Numbered from the whole stretch's first letter, positions 22,850-37,779 are shown. The stretch: 63,564 bases of DNA, filler included, from Octopus bimaculoides (GCF_001194135.2; 6 parts of 6 records of this genome joined end to end with filler, not necessarily neighbours in it), one strand, 5' to 3'. Notes: a model not told the origin generated them from the letters alone. Numbers and translations: made by a program.

Positions 22850-24382
22850 GCGCTCTTACATATTTTCGGAAACCACTTAGTCTCTCAAAAATATGGAACG
22901 TTTTAATCTCTGCTACTCCACTAAGAACATTTCTGCACCGTCTAACGAGCTGTACAGAAAGTGGACTTAATAAGGCGATTGCGATGGAAAGCCTTCTAGT
23001 GCGACCTAACCACACCCTCCCTGGAGAACAACACATACGGGATTAAATCTACGACGTACCCACTCAGGATCAAGGACTTTGAGCCCTTCGAAGCAGACTT
23101 GCTGGGTATCATTCCTAGGCTAAAATTCCATAAGTCCTCTTGCTCTTTCCAATGTAAACTTTGTGTCGACATTAGACTACAAAAAAATTCTGACAGGTCC
23201 CTAATCTTTTCAGATAAGACTAAAAATGTATATAGGATAGACACCCATACTTATGACAGGCGGCCAGAAAACAATATTACACCAAACTATAGGTGTGCTT
23301 CCCCACACACATACAACATCAATAGTGAAGCTGAACAATTAGCCAACTTTATAGCAGATATGGTAGAGATTTTAGCAAAAAGGAATGCCTTTATTACTAT
23401 CACAGACCATAAACCAAACTTTGCCTTGAGCTCCAAATGCCGCCTGATGAACCCAGCCAAATCCGAGATCAGTCTGGTGAGCAAACACATTCTGAGGAAC
23501 ATCAACAACAACATAAAGAGAACCACCAACCTCTCCCTATGATGTTGCACTAACAAAGTAATTCCATGGTTTAATACCAACAAGGGGAGAGGCAGAGCAA
23601 GGTTCACAGTTCGACAGTCAATTTTCACCCATCTATATCGAAAGGGTTACTGATCAAGACACTTTCTTCTGCTAGAGGCTTCACTGACATTAACGACAGG
23701 GACACAGATGTCATTATGCATGCCAGAAAAACAGTGCTGTTCAATAAAAGTCAGACCTGGGTCAAGCAATTCAACCCTGTGGGCTCTTTCAACGTAGTGA
23801 TGGGGGCTTATGACAGCATTGGTGTATGTGACCTCATCAGGTTGTATATCCTCGATGCCCTAAAGATGAAATTCTCCTCTGTCCTCTTTGGCTTCTATAG
23901 AGATGATGCCCTGGCCATCTCTAGAGGAGCCAATGGGCACCCCTAGATAGGCTTAGGAAAGATCTGATTAGCACCCTTGACTATGGGACTGAAAATAATT
24001 ATCAAGATCGATCTCACCACTCTGAACTTCTTAGATGTCATGTTTGATTTGGGCTCCGGTACATACAGCCCCTACTGAAAGCCAAATGAGAGGATGACGT
24101 ATATCAACACAGCCTCCTGCAACTCACCCATCCAATATATTCAGAAACCTGGTGAAGGATGTCAGCAAGATGACCAGGAACCTTTCCTGTAGCCAAGAGA
24201 TTTTTGACTCAGCAACATCCTATTATAACAAGGCACTAGCTGCTAGCAGGATTAGGAATCACATCTACATGCTGTGTCCTAACAGCCAGAGAAGGAAGCA
24301 CTGCAGAAACATCATTTGGTTTGCACCCCACATCCTGCTCAATGTAAAAACGTGTGTAGGTAGAATATTCCTTAGGCTAGTA
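22850..24382 (+). mobile_element. Penelope-like element, Naiad-type, N-terminus through RT, truncated by hAT insertion
   Basis: YSTKNI...RLRWKAF, YGIKSTTYP..KDFEPFEADLL, IFSDKTKNVY, TDHKPNF...CRLMNPAKSEI, MHARKTVLFN, MGAYDSIGVCDL, FYRDDAL, LNFLDV, RNIIWFAP. Confidence 0.88.
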
Positions 24383-25610
24383 CAGTGGTCCTCAACCTTT
24401 TTCAAAATTTTTGCTTTGTGGTCCCCTGGCCATTTTCGGGAAGCCTCACAGTCCCCAGCCTATTTTGGCAAGAATAAGAGATTAATCAAATGCAAAATTT
24501 TCGCAATTATACTACACTTAGTTTCAACTTACGATGAAAGTAAACAAACAAAGTTTGTTTTAGAAGCGTTGAAATGTATTGAAAGATACAGAAATTATTA
24601 TTTTTTTTTAAATTCTCAAACGCATGATAATGCTAATAAATAGCATGATCAGGATAAATTATCCATACATTGCAGAAAAATACGTTACCGGCTAGTCATG
24701 AGACTAGTCATCTCTGTGATTATGCGTCAAGTGCTTTACCATTAAGCTATACTGCCCAGTAATGAATTCTTCTGCAATGAATGCACAAAACCTCAATAAT
24801 ACCATTAAATATAAATGTTAGATGTAAGCATAAAATAACAATAACGACACTAACAAGACACCAGATGTTGGCAAAGTCTATGAAGTGTGTGGGTAGAATA
24901 TTCCTTAGGCTAGTACAGTGGTCCTTGACCTTTTTCAAAATTTTTGCTTTGCGGTCCCCAGCCTATTTTGGCAGGAATAAGAGATTAATCAAATGCAAAA
25001 TGTTTGCGATTATACTACTATTAGGTTTAAGTAGTTGAATGCACAAAACCTCAATAATGCGATTAAATATAAATGTTAGATGTAAGCATAAAATAACAAT
25101 AACAACACTAACATGACACCAGATGTTGGCAGAATGCTATGGAAAAATAAACATTTTGTTTCTTTTAAGTCTATGAAGTAGGGCCACAGTTAACTATACC
25201 AAACTTTAATTATTCATTAGTAACTTATGCTTTCAAACCCATTTTCACAAATATGTTCAGTGGCAAGTAAGGTCTGGTATAAGAAAGGGACCATCGGCAT
25301 TGATATAGCGTTTAATTCTTTGTTTAGTTTTTCCGATTTTTTCCTTGATTCGCAAAAATATTTGCCGAAAACCAATAGAAGACAGGATATATTTTTTGAT
25401 AGATGGATTAAAGAAAAATCATTAAACCTGTTCAAAAGAAGGATTAATGTGACTGCTGTATTTGCTTTAGTTTTACCAACTTGTCTATATTTGTCTGGGT
25501 TCTGGATAAAGCAACCCTCATATTGTGTGTAAAATCCAGTCTGTTTCGTTGTTTGCTTTTTATCGAGTGAAGAGCTGAAAACGCCAACTGCCGAAGCATC
25601 TGAGGAGCCT
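24383..25610 (-). mobile_element. hAT (Charlie/Buster-like) DNA transposon relic
   Basis: Terminal CAGTGGTCCTCAACC at 24383. Minus-strand AFSALHSIKSKQRNRLDFTHNMRVALSRTQTNIDKLVKLKQIQQSH resembles the hAT dimerisation-domain end. Confidence 0.7.
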
Positions 25611-25861
25611 TCATGGAGTGGATGTAGAAGTTTTCAAATGTGTACTTAACTTCTGGCTCACCAAGATCCCGGATGAGCCAATATCTAGGTAGGAAACTCA
25701 AAAGAGGGCAGTAACATCGAACTCTATCCTTCACCAAAAGCCGCTCCGACAAAGGTGGAGAGTGGAAAGATGATCACAATGGTGGTGCTCCAGCGTGGCT
25801 ACAGTCATTGGACTGAAACATATAAAAGAATAAAAGAATATATGTATATATCTGTATATGG

Positions 25862-26565
25862 CGGATGAGGCCGAGTTTCATAGTCCAATTCATTCAACTT
25901 CTGCAGGATCAACTGTGTGATGTGTGGCTGAGCGTTGTCATGGAGAAGAATTGGTCCTTTTCTATTGACTTATACTGGCTGTTGTTGTCGGAGTTTCTTA
26001 TGCATTTCATCCATTTGCTGACAGTACTTCGCCATAATGGTTTCGCCTGAATCCAAAAAGCTGTGATGGATGAGACCGGCCGCAGACCACTAAACAGTCA
26101 CCATGACCTTCATTTGGTGCAACTTTGGCTTCGGGAAGTGCCGTGGAGCTTCATTGGCATCCAACCACTGAGCTAAGCGTTGCCGGTTGGCATAAAGAAT
26201 CCACTTTTCATCGCATGTTACAATCTGGTCAAGAAACGGGTCATTCTTGTTGCGAAAAAGAAGGGAGGACGACACTTCAAAATGGCGTTTTTTTTGGTTA
26301 TCATTCAATTCGTGCAGCACCCATTTCACAAGTGTTTTTGTTTTTCCAGTCTCTTTCAAGTGGTTGTAAATTGTCGTATATGTTATGTCTAATTCAGAAG
26401 CAAGGTCTTGAACAGTTGTGTGTAGATTGGCTTCAACTAAGGCTGTTAGTTGATCGTTGTCAACATCCAATGGCTTACCACTATGCTTATTTGAAAAATA
26501 TATATAACTTATTTAAGTTATATATATTTTTTCAAATATCTTTTCACTTAAGGTTATCCTGAAAT
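25862..26565 (-). mobile_element. Mariner transposase fragment
   Basis: KWVLHELNDNQK (WVPHEL variant), IVTCDEKWILY, KPKLHQMKVMVTV, then ...GPILLHDNAQPH. Confidence 0.9.
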
Positions 26566-26702
26566 AGGATTCCCAAATTTGTAATAATAATATAAATGAT
26601 ACTGTATACATTGCATTAGTAAAGTGTAAAATAGTGAATGTCCTGATAACCTGGAATACTTATTATTCTCTAAGATTTTAAATATATATGTGTATATGTA
26701 TG

Positions 26703-26750
<48 letters not shown>

Positions 26751-26754
26751 TATA

Positions 26755-27027
26755 CTAGCAGAGATACCCAGCATTGCCCGTGTTACATGCAGTTGAAAAA
26801 TGAGACTTTTCTGTTATATTTTCTGTAAGGAAATTGGAATACCTATGATTCGAATTTCATCAAAATTGCACATGAGGGTTCGTTCCCTCTTTACACACCC
26901 TAAAAAAATTCTAATCATGAGACGTATCCCATACTATTGATCTTTATGCGCATATTCCAAAATTTCAGTTTTCTGGAACCTGTAAAAAAGATTTTGCTCC
27001 TGCAAAATGGAGCTCATGGTGGGAATG
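26755..27027 (+). mobile_element. Possible non-autonomous Helitron-like 5' end
   Basis: (TA)n then ACTAGCAGAGATACCCAGCATTGCCCG, similar in layout to 13867. Confidence 0.35.
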
Positions 27028-27132
27028 NNNNNNNNNNNNNNNNNNNNNNNNNNNNNNNNNNNNNNNNNNNNTTAATTAATTAANNNNNNNNNNNNNNNNN
27101 NNNNNNNNNNNNNNNNNNNNNNNNNNNAAACA

Positions 27133-27167
<35 letters not shown>

Positions 27168-29039
27168 GACACAGGCAGAAAGACAGACAAACAGACACAC
27201 ACACACACACACACACACACACAACTTCTCGTCTATCCACATCTCTCACTCATATGCATATAACATACACACACATATATAATATATGATGTAATATATA
27301 TATTATCCACAACTCCGCTCAAATTTTGTCGCAAATACAGAGTCTATGAGGCTGACTGAAACTATGGATGCACAAACAGGCACAAGAGTTTTTTTAATTT
27401 TATCTGAAACTCTGTTTGATCTCTCTTTTCATGATGTATGTCTAAAGCTGGAATGTAACAACCATCAAATGAAAGGTATGAAACAGAGCACAAACAACAA
27501 GTAGCAACACAACAATGAATAAAAACCAAATATAAATCCCTTTTAATACTGACCGCCAAGAGTTTCATTAAACATGATGAAGCCTCCGATTTAACTATAT
27601 GAATGGGTGCAACAAAGTGTTTACACGAAAAACGAACGAGATTATTACTTTTGCCTGACCTGCATGAAAACATGAAAGCTCACTTAAGCCTTCAAATTCA
27701 GCAGTCAATCCGTAGCCATCTACCGCAACATTTTCAATGCAAACTCATCATCTATCAAAACATAAACTCATCGCAATAAATTCGGGACACAAACTACCTC
27801 AAAAGCTGTCGCTAAACAACAACTGCCGTAATTCAAGGCTTTTGGAACAAAGAAAGCAATGAACCACTCTAGTTTTAATATTCTTATCGAATGCATATGG
27901 CAACAACCCATTTGTCAGTTCTTAAAGATGGAATTTTCCATTCACAGAGAGTCAGATTGCTGCGTTGACACTTGGTAATCTTTCACCATTCTGAGAGCCA
28001 CCTAAATAACTCTCAGAGAAATTGCCCAGCTGATACTTATGAATTATATATATCCTCATCCCCGCAGATTGCTCCGGCTGAAATAAAGGAAGAGTCGCCA
28101 TATTCCTCCATGATTCTCTTGCAATGGGTGCATAGAATAAATTCTCCAATGGTTTCCGAGAATCTTTGTATACAACAAAGCTAATGACTTACACATAATT
28201 GATCCCTAAAGGCCTTTTCAAGCATTTCTACAGTGCTTCCGAGAATGCCTCAACAACGTGACGTTATTTATTCTAAAATATAACCCAAGAAACATATTAG
28301 TGATCAGCAACTTCAACTGTTTTTATGTGGTCTGGCTTAAATATATTTTGAAACCAGAGCCTAAGTATAAGGCATCTCAGATCTAAACAAATCAACAGTA
28401 GAGTCAGTAGTTAACTTTGTAGATGCTCTTTTTTTCTCAACTCCTGCCTGAAGCAACGAAACATGCTAAGTATGGTTTGGATTTAGTATTAAACTACCTC
28501 TTTAGTACTCTTTATAACATATGTTACTTTACACTCTTAATTTCCAAAATACGAAAGCCACACTCACCATAGCATATTCATTTGACAACAAAGCAGACGG
28601 GAGAAAATTAAAAATGATATATCGTTATCGACAAGCGCTTCACTTACAACATATCCTTTGATTAGTAAAAGAGCTTGGCAGCGGACTGTGTACATAGTCA
28701 TCAACAGATGGTCAAAAGACAATCCGACAAAACGCGTTAGCAAAAATAGGAGTAGTTTTCTATTCATTCATCAGAAAAAAAAAACCAAAGATAAAACAAA
28801 AGAATAATAAACAAAAACAAAAATACGACCACAAACATAATCCATATTCGACAGTAACAGAAACAATTGAACCACAGAAGCACCATCTGCAGAACTGCAT
28901 GGAAATTTGCATCAATGATTAAATGAGGAAAACTTGGTCATTAAGAAAAACAAACGCAACTCAAAAGCATTTTACTCATTCGGTAACAAACGCTGGACCG
29001 ATATTTTACCTACTGGTTCACTGATAGATGACAATAAAT

Positions 29040-29244
29040 CTCCCCAAAATAATCTTTTCTACTCTAGGCACAAGGCCTGAAATTTTTGGGGAGGGGGCCA
29101 GTCATTTAGATCGAATTTATCGACCCCGAAAGGATGAAAAGCAAAGTCGATCTCGGCGGAATTTGAACTCAGAACGTAAAGACAGACGAAATACCGCTAA
29201 GCATTTCGCCCGGCGTGCTAACGTTTCTGCCAGCTCACCGCCTT
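29040..29244 (-). mobile_element. tRNA-derived SINE
   Basis: Reverse complement ggcggtgagctggcagaaacgttagcacgccgggcgaaatgcttagcgg...ttctgagttcaaattcc. Related copies at 30803-30985, 35033-35250 and 53220-53362. Confidence 0.8.
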
Positions 29245-30802
29245 AAATCTCCCCAAAATAATGCCAAAGAAATGGTGGGGATCCTGCAGACGCAATACTT
29301 CAGTGGTGTTCACTTTCACAGTATCATCGACATCAGCCCCTCCCAACCATATCATCTCCGACATAATTTTTGGCTTTCCAGATATGATCACAGCAGTAAA
29401 TGAAATAAAACATCACATTACAGTAAGCTTGATAGATTCCCTGACAGGGTTCTGAAGAAGCGCCAACATCAGGTTGTATCATCTCTAACTAATCTCGAGT
29501 GAAAATTTCTAGGTATATGCTATATAGTAAAACGTTTCCTATCCCAATCTATTATTCTGCTTCTTAAAAATGGAAATAAGTCATATGCCTAATGTCACAT
29601 CTTATATAAGGAAATTGCTGATGCTTCTGTTGTATTTCTTATTATTGTTGTGACTCCTTTCGCTGCTACTGATGACCATGCAGCTCTTTTTTTGTTGATG
29701 TTCTTGACCAGGTGGCTGACAGTTTTCAGTTGTTATGCATTTTTGTGAAGCTTCGTGTTGCCAAACCAATGCACCAAACAACTGGACAAAGTAATGATAG
29801 AAAATAGCGCAAACAGCTCGAAATCGAATAGTACACGTATATGTTGGTGCGTTAAATATATAATTATGGATTTGCTATCACGTCCCACCTCTACCACTCA
29901 GGCCCATCGAGCCAGCTTTCATTTCCTGGTATTTCAGAGCACATGGTTTCTTTTTAGCAACGCAGGCTTCGCTCGTGATTTCTTTTCTAATCACTTCCTT
30001 TAATCTGATGATAAGTTTTCCTATTTAATCTATTGATTTCTATCGTTAATTCTTTGCTATAATCTATCGATTTTAGTGACACATTGTAGTGAGATCCACT
30101 TCCGTTTGTTGATGATTGTCTCCATTATACACCACCAAATTAGTTCGCTAAGAAAATCACTGTAGGTTCTCTCTACCGAGAAACACTCGACCAGCACCCA
30201 GTAATCAGGCTCGTATCGATCGATGCACCCAATATAGGTTGACTGTGCTAATCACAAACTTGTGGCTTATGTGACCGATAACTCAACATTCGGGACATCT
30301 TACGCTATCCTAATCTGCAGATAGATTCTTTATCTGGATTGCTCGATGCGATTGGTCAAGTCGATATTGATACAAGCTTTTCTGAAACAATACTGACGAT
30401 CCATCCGATTCACACCGACAGAAGGATGATTACACCTCGTAACCGTCAAGTATATGCACCCCGGAAATCTTCCTCTTACTGATGGTGACAAAATACAATC
30501 TAGTGTCTTGAGCGCAGTAAACAAATGAACACGCTTCAGAATTGACCCAAAATCAGGGACATTTATATAATCCTTTCTTAATCTAAACATCCTGGGAGAG
30601 GGAAAATGAGAGAAGTCACTTAACTAGAGCCCCCCTCCCCACCAAATACTACCGATCTATCTCAAGCCAACCTTAATTCTCTCTTTTAATTTTTTCATCT
30701 AGTCAAATTTCGAAGTTCTCTATCTTGTCTGTCGTGAAAGTAATTTTAATTAATGCTAATACCACTTATAAGAGAATTTCCATAAATTAGGAGTAATTTT
30801 CA

Positions 30803-30985
30803 GGCAGAATTGTTAGCATGCCAGGCAAAATGCTTAACGGCGTTTCGTCCATCTTTAATTTCTGAGTTCAAATTTGCCTTTCATCCTTTTGGGGTCGATA
30901 GAATAAGTACCAGTTGAACACTGGGGGTGGATGTAATAGACTTAAGCCCTCCCCCGAAGTTGCTCGCCTTGAACCAAAATTTGAA
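30803..30985 (+). mobile_element. tRNA-derived SINE
   Basis: Same family as 29040-29244. Confidence 0.75.
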
Positions 30986-31313
30986 AGTAATATGTGTGTA
31001 TGTGTGTATATGTGTGTGTGTATGTGTGTGTGTGTGTGTGTGTGTGAGTGTGTGTGTGTGTGTGTTTGACCAATCAGTGTTGGTAAAGATATAAACATCG
31101 ATGAAGACTGGTGCAGCAAGAACAACATTTGATTTGGACCTAATTAATAAGCACCTTCCCTTCCTTCGAGTCAGCACCGCCTCGTCAGAGGTGGAAAGAA
31201 TGGAATGACTTCGTTGGCAAATAAACAGATGTAATGGTGATAAATACAGAAACACAAACACACACACACATACACACACACTGATGCATATTCACATCCA
31301 TGCATATGAATGC

Positions 31314-31425
<112 letters not shown>

Positions 31426-31617
31426 GAGTTAAGGAATGGAGTAGATAAGATCCGGGCAATATATTTTTTTTATAGCGAGCGGACCTCGGAAGTGGTAGAT
31501 ATCGAAGCGAGGTGTATATCGCAGGCCAAAGGTATCTTAATTAAAGTTTACGTTGTCAAAAGGAGGTGCATCTTAACACATGGAAGATTCGATGTATGTA
31601 TGCATGTATGTATAGAT

Positions 31618-32013
31618 GCAGGCGTAGCTGTGTGGCAGGAAATTTGCTTCCCAACTCCAAATGGTTCCGGGTTCAGTTCTTCTGTGTGACACCTTTGGCA
31701 AGCGCACTTTACTAACGCCTTAGGCTAACTAAAGTTTTGTGAGTGGTTTTGGAAACTGATGGAAACTGAAAGAAGCCCGTTGTGTGTGAGTGCCTTGTAT
31801 CAGTGTTAGTCCATCAGTACCGCTTCATAACCGTTCTTATTGTAATTACTTCCCCGTAACTTAGCGGTTCGGCAAAAGGACAGATGGAATAAGCATCAGG
31901 CTTAAAAGAAGGAGGAAAATTATCTACTGGAACCGATTCGTTTGACTAAAATTCTTTAACGCTGTACCCCAGCATGACCATAGTGTGATGACTGAAATAA
32001 GTAAAAGATAAGA
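31618..32013 (+). mobile_element. Full-length SINE
   Basis: gcaggcgtagctgtgtgg...ggttccgggttcagt head and gactgaaataagtaaaagataaga tail. Confidence 0.8.
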
Positions 32014-32029
32014 TATATATACCTACCTA

Positions 32030-32076
32030 CCTACCTACCTACCTACCTACCTACCTACCTATCAACTACGCGCCCC

Positions 32077-32162
<86 letters not shown>

Positions 32163-32255
32163 GGCTGGCTGGCTGTCTGTCTATGTATGTATGTATGTAT
32201 GTATGTATGTATGTATGTATGTATGTATGTATGTATGTATCTATCTATCTATAGA
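32030..32255. repeat. Compound tetranucleotide microsatellite (ACCT/ATCT/GTCT/ATGT)
   Basis: Directly visible. A similar compound array lies at 33370-33780. Confidence 0.95.
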
Positions 32256-32580
32256 TACATATGCAAACACCCATTTATATGCGACAGGTAATAAATATAG
32301 TAAAAGTGTTTGACTTAGAGAGACAGGAATCTCGTTTCTCAGACTGTGTTTCATTGAAGCTGTTGGTTTAGAGGAAGTGAACAACCGGCTTTATAGTGAA
32401 GACAAGTGTTTACATGAACGTACATTAATATTTGCTGACGTCTCCGCCTTGAGGCTGGACTATCCTCATCATAATGACTGGGCGAAAAAGTGAACGCTCG
32501 TGCTGCCAGGTCACTGAGAAAAATAAAAATGCACACGCGCGCGCGCACACACACACACACACGCACGCACTTACGCACTT

Positions 32581-32625
<45 letters not shown>

Positions 32626-32635
32626 NNNNNNNNNN

Positions 32636-32678
<43 letters not shown>

Positions 32679-33369
32679 TAGAAAGTAATGTAGAGAAAAA
32701 CAAAAAGAACAATGCCGGAAATGTAAACGGTGTCACAGGAGCCAGTGTTAATTTATCGCACGGTGACGAATCACGATCTCTTCTGATTGTTGTTGTTATT
32801 GTCATTGCTGTTGTTTTGTAGTTGAGTGAACCTCTAATATGACACAAAGCTATTCGTAGAAAGTATTTTGGGACGAGCCATAGATCCAATTCTCCGGACA
32901 CTGCACGATTTAGTAATTTAGCAGACCATGATGCATCTTTTATTATGCAGTTATTTTTGGGGAAAAGTTTTTGTGGCAATCTTAGTATAGTTTATGAGGT
33001 GTTGTACTGCGGTTAGGATATGTTGCTCCACATTGCCGTCTAGCATCTGTTAAATGAAGCAACTAAGGACATTTTTTTTAATCACCGAGAAAAATGGATG
33101 CTCTATTGTGTTTGCTTAATTTTGATGAAGTAATGTATATGTAGATGCAGATATATGTATATATGTATGTGCGTATGAGTGTATGCATGCAATATGTATA
33201 AAGTTACCTCTTTGTATACGGTTTAATAAGTACATACATAACTACACACATTAATATGAAGATTAGCGCATGTATATTTCATTATCATAATTGCTGTTAT
33301 ACCCGCACATATTTGTGTGCACCTGTCTGTCTATCTATCTTTATATATATGTGTGTATACGTCTCTCTT

Positions 33370-33484
<115 letters not shown>

Positions 33485-33503
33485 CTCTTTCACTATATAT
33501 AAA

Positions 33504-33583
<80 letters not shown>

Positions 33584-33632
33584 GTCTAATCTATCCATCT
33601 ATCTATCAGTCTATCTATCTATCAGTCAGTCA

Positions 33633-33717
<85 letters not shown>

Positions 33718-33721
33718 TCTC

Positions 33722-33766
<45 letters not shown>

Positions 33767-34067
33767 ATCTATATATATATAATTCATGTACCACGTACAT
33801 AGAGACACCCAGACACTAATATAAGTACATATGTATGTGTGCGTGTGTGGATATGTGTTCGAGTGTGTGTGAAAAGATGAGGGTGTCGTTGATTATACAT
33901 ATCAATATGTGTAAGAGTTGTTGACAAAATTTAAAAACATAGACAAAGGGACAAAAAATTCTATAGATTAACAGATAGTGATGTGTATAAGACTGAAGTG
34001 AATATATATATGTATGTGTTTGTACACATATATCTGTCTATATTCTGTTCGCTTGGGTGTGCGCGCG

Positions 34068-34133
<66 letters not shown>

Positions 34134-35032
34134 TGCATTTATATATAAAGGGGTAAAGAAAAACAAATTAGTAATGATAGTTTGTACAAGAGGAGTTCCT
34201 GCTGTAAGACATAGGGCCACCCAGTTTGCAGAGTTGTACAGACAAAAGAGGTATATAACATTGCTTTTTGTATAAGTTTTAGTTTAGATGAGAGAAATGA
34301 AAAGCAAAATGGCGGTTACGCCTGGAGGGGCAGATAATTTGACGAAAGAGCTGACATATTCCTGGGTCGCTGCGTTGATAGAGGGAACTGGTTTAGTAAA
34401 GTTAGGGATATATATTAAAGTACATTAACAACATACAGGGGCAAGTTTTAATCTTGGACCTGCGTGATATTACTCAGCCATTATTGTCTAATGTATGGCA
34501 GACACTGTTCTCTGCTTATATTAAACTCACCTTTTATTCTTATTCGGGTTATTTTTCTTATTGCTCATCTTAATGTCTGTTCAGTGTTCAACACTTCTGA
34601 GGAGTGGCTGGGTTGATAAAATACGTACGAGTGAAGAGCTAGTTTTCAACGAAATCAACTACATCTGTATCAAACTCAGGTCTTGTGACTACGTTAATAA
34701 TAGTTATTTACTAGGACCCTGACATTAACCCCTACTGTGGTCGGCCAACCAAGTATTTCATTTATCCATTATTATACAGTAACTGGATTTGATCGACTTT
34801 CTGGCCTGATTTCTCACAGTAACATAATGCCATAAATTTTCAGGGAAGAATCAACCGATTATACCAATTCTATTGACTGATACTTACTCGTAAAGGACAA
34901 AACACAAGTTAGCCTAAGAGGGACTTGAAATCAGAACGTAAGGACCACAATTAATTCAACAGTAGAAAGAATTATTTTCTGACACTTCACTGATTCTGCC
35001 AGTAATTAATATAAATATTACTGCTATTGCTA

Positions 35033-35250
35033 AGGTGGCAAGATGACAGAATTGTTAGCAACTGGCAAAATACTTAGCGGTACTTCATCCGTATTTATGT
35101 TCTGAGTTCAAATTTTACTGAGGTCGACTTTGCCTTTTACCTCTTTTGAGGTCGATGAAATAAATATCAGTAGAATACTGGGATCAATGTAACCGAAATA
35201 CCCCACTTCCGAAATTGTTGGCCTTGTGCCAAAAAACTGAAACCAATATT
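35033..35250 (+). mobile_element. tRNA-derived SINE
   Basis: Same family as 29040-29244. Confidence 0.7.
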
Positions 35251-35943
35251 ACTACTGTTACTGTTGTCATCATTCACGTCCTTTGAAGCTGGGTGGTAAC
35301 GACCTTTTGGAGCATTGTAAGCACAGATGATGGCAGTAAACGTAAAACGGGTCCTCTGGGGAAGAGGGTACTAGGTATCTAGAGGGAGCGGAATTCTTCT
35401 TAGATACAAAGCAGTTAAACTTTATAAAATTATTATATTTTGAACATATTTTCAAAAATTTCTTCGTCAATATCAAAATATCATTTGACCCATGTATCGC
35501 GACTGGTGCAATACAATTTCCCTATATATGTCTTAAGCTTTTTTAGTAGTTTTCATAAAGTTTTAACTTAGAAAATATTTGTTAATGTGAGTAAACCACT
35601 ACCTTGCTTAAGTTATCCTCTGTTTGATTAAAATAATCTACTTCAATATTTTTGTTGAAAATGGGTGGGAGTGTTTGTAGAGTCTCATTCAGTGAAAAAG
35701 TGCTCTACAAATGTTGAAGAACTAATATTTTCAATGATATTTCTGTTTCCGCCTTCTTCATAATTTTACTGGAAATATGTAACTTTCGTTTCTTCATATT
35801 CTGTGAACAGATGAAACATAGGTCATACGTCTTGAACCTATACTTAAAACTATAGTCATCTTTAGAAGTAAACCTGAGTATTTGTGTCTCTCTCTTTCAC
35901 TCTTCATATATATATATATACACACACATATATATATATATAC

Positions 35944-35978
<35 letters not shown>

Positions 35979-36503
35979 GTATTTAAACATCTTATGTATG
36001 CATTTGTGTGTGTATGTATATATGTATGTATTTGCGTGTGTATGAGTGTGTGTGTTTGTATGTATGTGTATGTATTTGTATATGTATATATCTGCGTCTG
36101 GGGTGATCGTTGAATGAAAAACTAAAGACTTCTTTTTCAGCCATTGTCATCTTCGTCATCATTTCTGTGGAATCATTTCTTCTGGATAGGTTTATTTCCT
36201 TGAACTTTTGTTTCTTTTATATTTTAGCATTTGCTTTTATTGTTGTAAGTGAACGTATCTACCGTTGGCTACCGTGGGGCAGAGAACGCGAAAGGGGGGA
36301 GGAGAATGAGGAAGAGGGAGAAGTGGGGGCATTCCTCTTTAAAGTCAGAGACGATATCTGATCATATCTGTCTCGCTCGAATCGTCTTTCAGTTCATCAT
36401 CTCGTATACCTAACCCTAGCCTTATATTTTTCTTCAGCCCTTTCCTTATATCACATTCTTTTCCCGAAGGTTCTTTTTCATTGAACACACACACGCACGC
36501 ACG

Positions 36504-36597
<94 letters not shown>

Positions 36598-37372
36598 CAC
36601 ACACCAGTACAAATTATATTAAACGTTATACATTTCTAAACAACAGTTTCAGCTCATCAGATTGATGTTTATATAATGTATAATATATTTAATTCATCAA
36701 ATTGACAGAAAATACCAGACAAATTCATTTCGGTAACTTTACGTTGTGAAGTCAGATTCATCCAAGGTGAATCTGTCCGTCAAAAGGTGCCGATAAAATA
36801 AAGTACCAAATCAATGCAACTATAATACCATTTTTCAGAAATTTGTGACCGGGTCACCGTATCAGAAAGAAATATTCATATTCAATCTTCATCAGTCAAC
36901 TATTCTGATTCCTCTTGTTATTCATTATCCCCAGGGCAATGCTATTCCAGTTCAAAGGTATTTCGCTCATGCCAAACCCGTTCTTTTGAGTACCTATCAG
37001 ATGAAGTGATCATGTTGGCATTCCCTCTTTGACTTCATGTTGATGCTGTATTTGTTGTTCTACCATTTGTGTTCACATAGAAGACTCAAAAAAAGATATT
37101 TAATGCCTCTAGCGTCACTACGTCAGTTCGAACAAACTCAGAGCTTTATATGAATATTCAAAACAAAGTTATATCATAAAATTTATAGTGCAATTTGTGA
37201 ACAATAGCATTATTGGGTCATCACCACTTCAATGGATTTCTGACGTACAAAAAAGCAAGGGAATGTCTAATTCGGGGTTGAACAAATGGCCTAAGGACTT
37301 CGTTCGTAAAACACCGGTTTCTTCATTTTCTCGTCGATGCTTCTATCCTTCCTCGATGAACCACAGCGGGCG

Positions 37373-37475
<103 letters not shown>

Positions 37476-37739
37476 CATGCATACATACAAACATATATAT
37501 ATATAAACACACATACACATATACCTACGTTTATGTGCGTATGTATGTACATAGATGCCTACGCAGTCCAGGTTGTTCATGCCAAAATAAAGGCTCTCGT
37601 TTATTAGATCAGATATGGTATCAAAAGTGTAAGAAGCTGAAATAATCTGAACCATTGCATTTATTGAAACATTGCGAAATCAGGCATCCGAGAACAATTA
37701 TGTAGGCATGATCGAAAAGCAATTTAAGCAAAGCTATTA

Positions 37740-37779
<40 letters not shown>

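Noticed and set aside
27028-27127. TTAATTAATTAA inside N runs (also 40885, 56173, 58483, 61520)
   Set aside because: Each has exactly 44 N + 12 bp + 44 N = 100 bp, with stops in all six frames. It is an artificial scaffold-join spacer, so adjacency across these joins is uncertain.
30320-30480. DSLSGLLDAIGQV resembling the BCS1-type AAA+ motif
   Set aside because: Short match, no Walker motifs, stops nearby.
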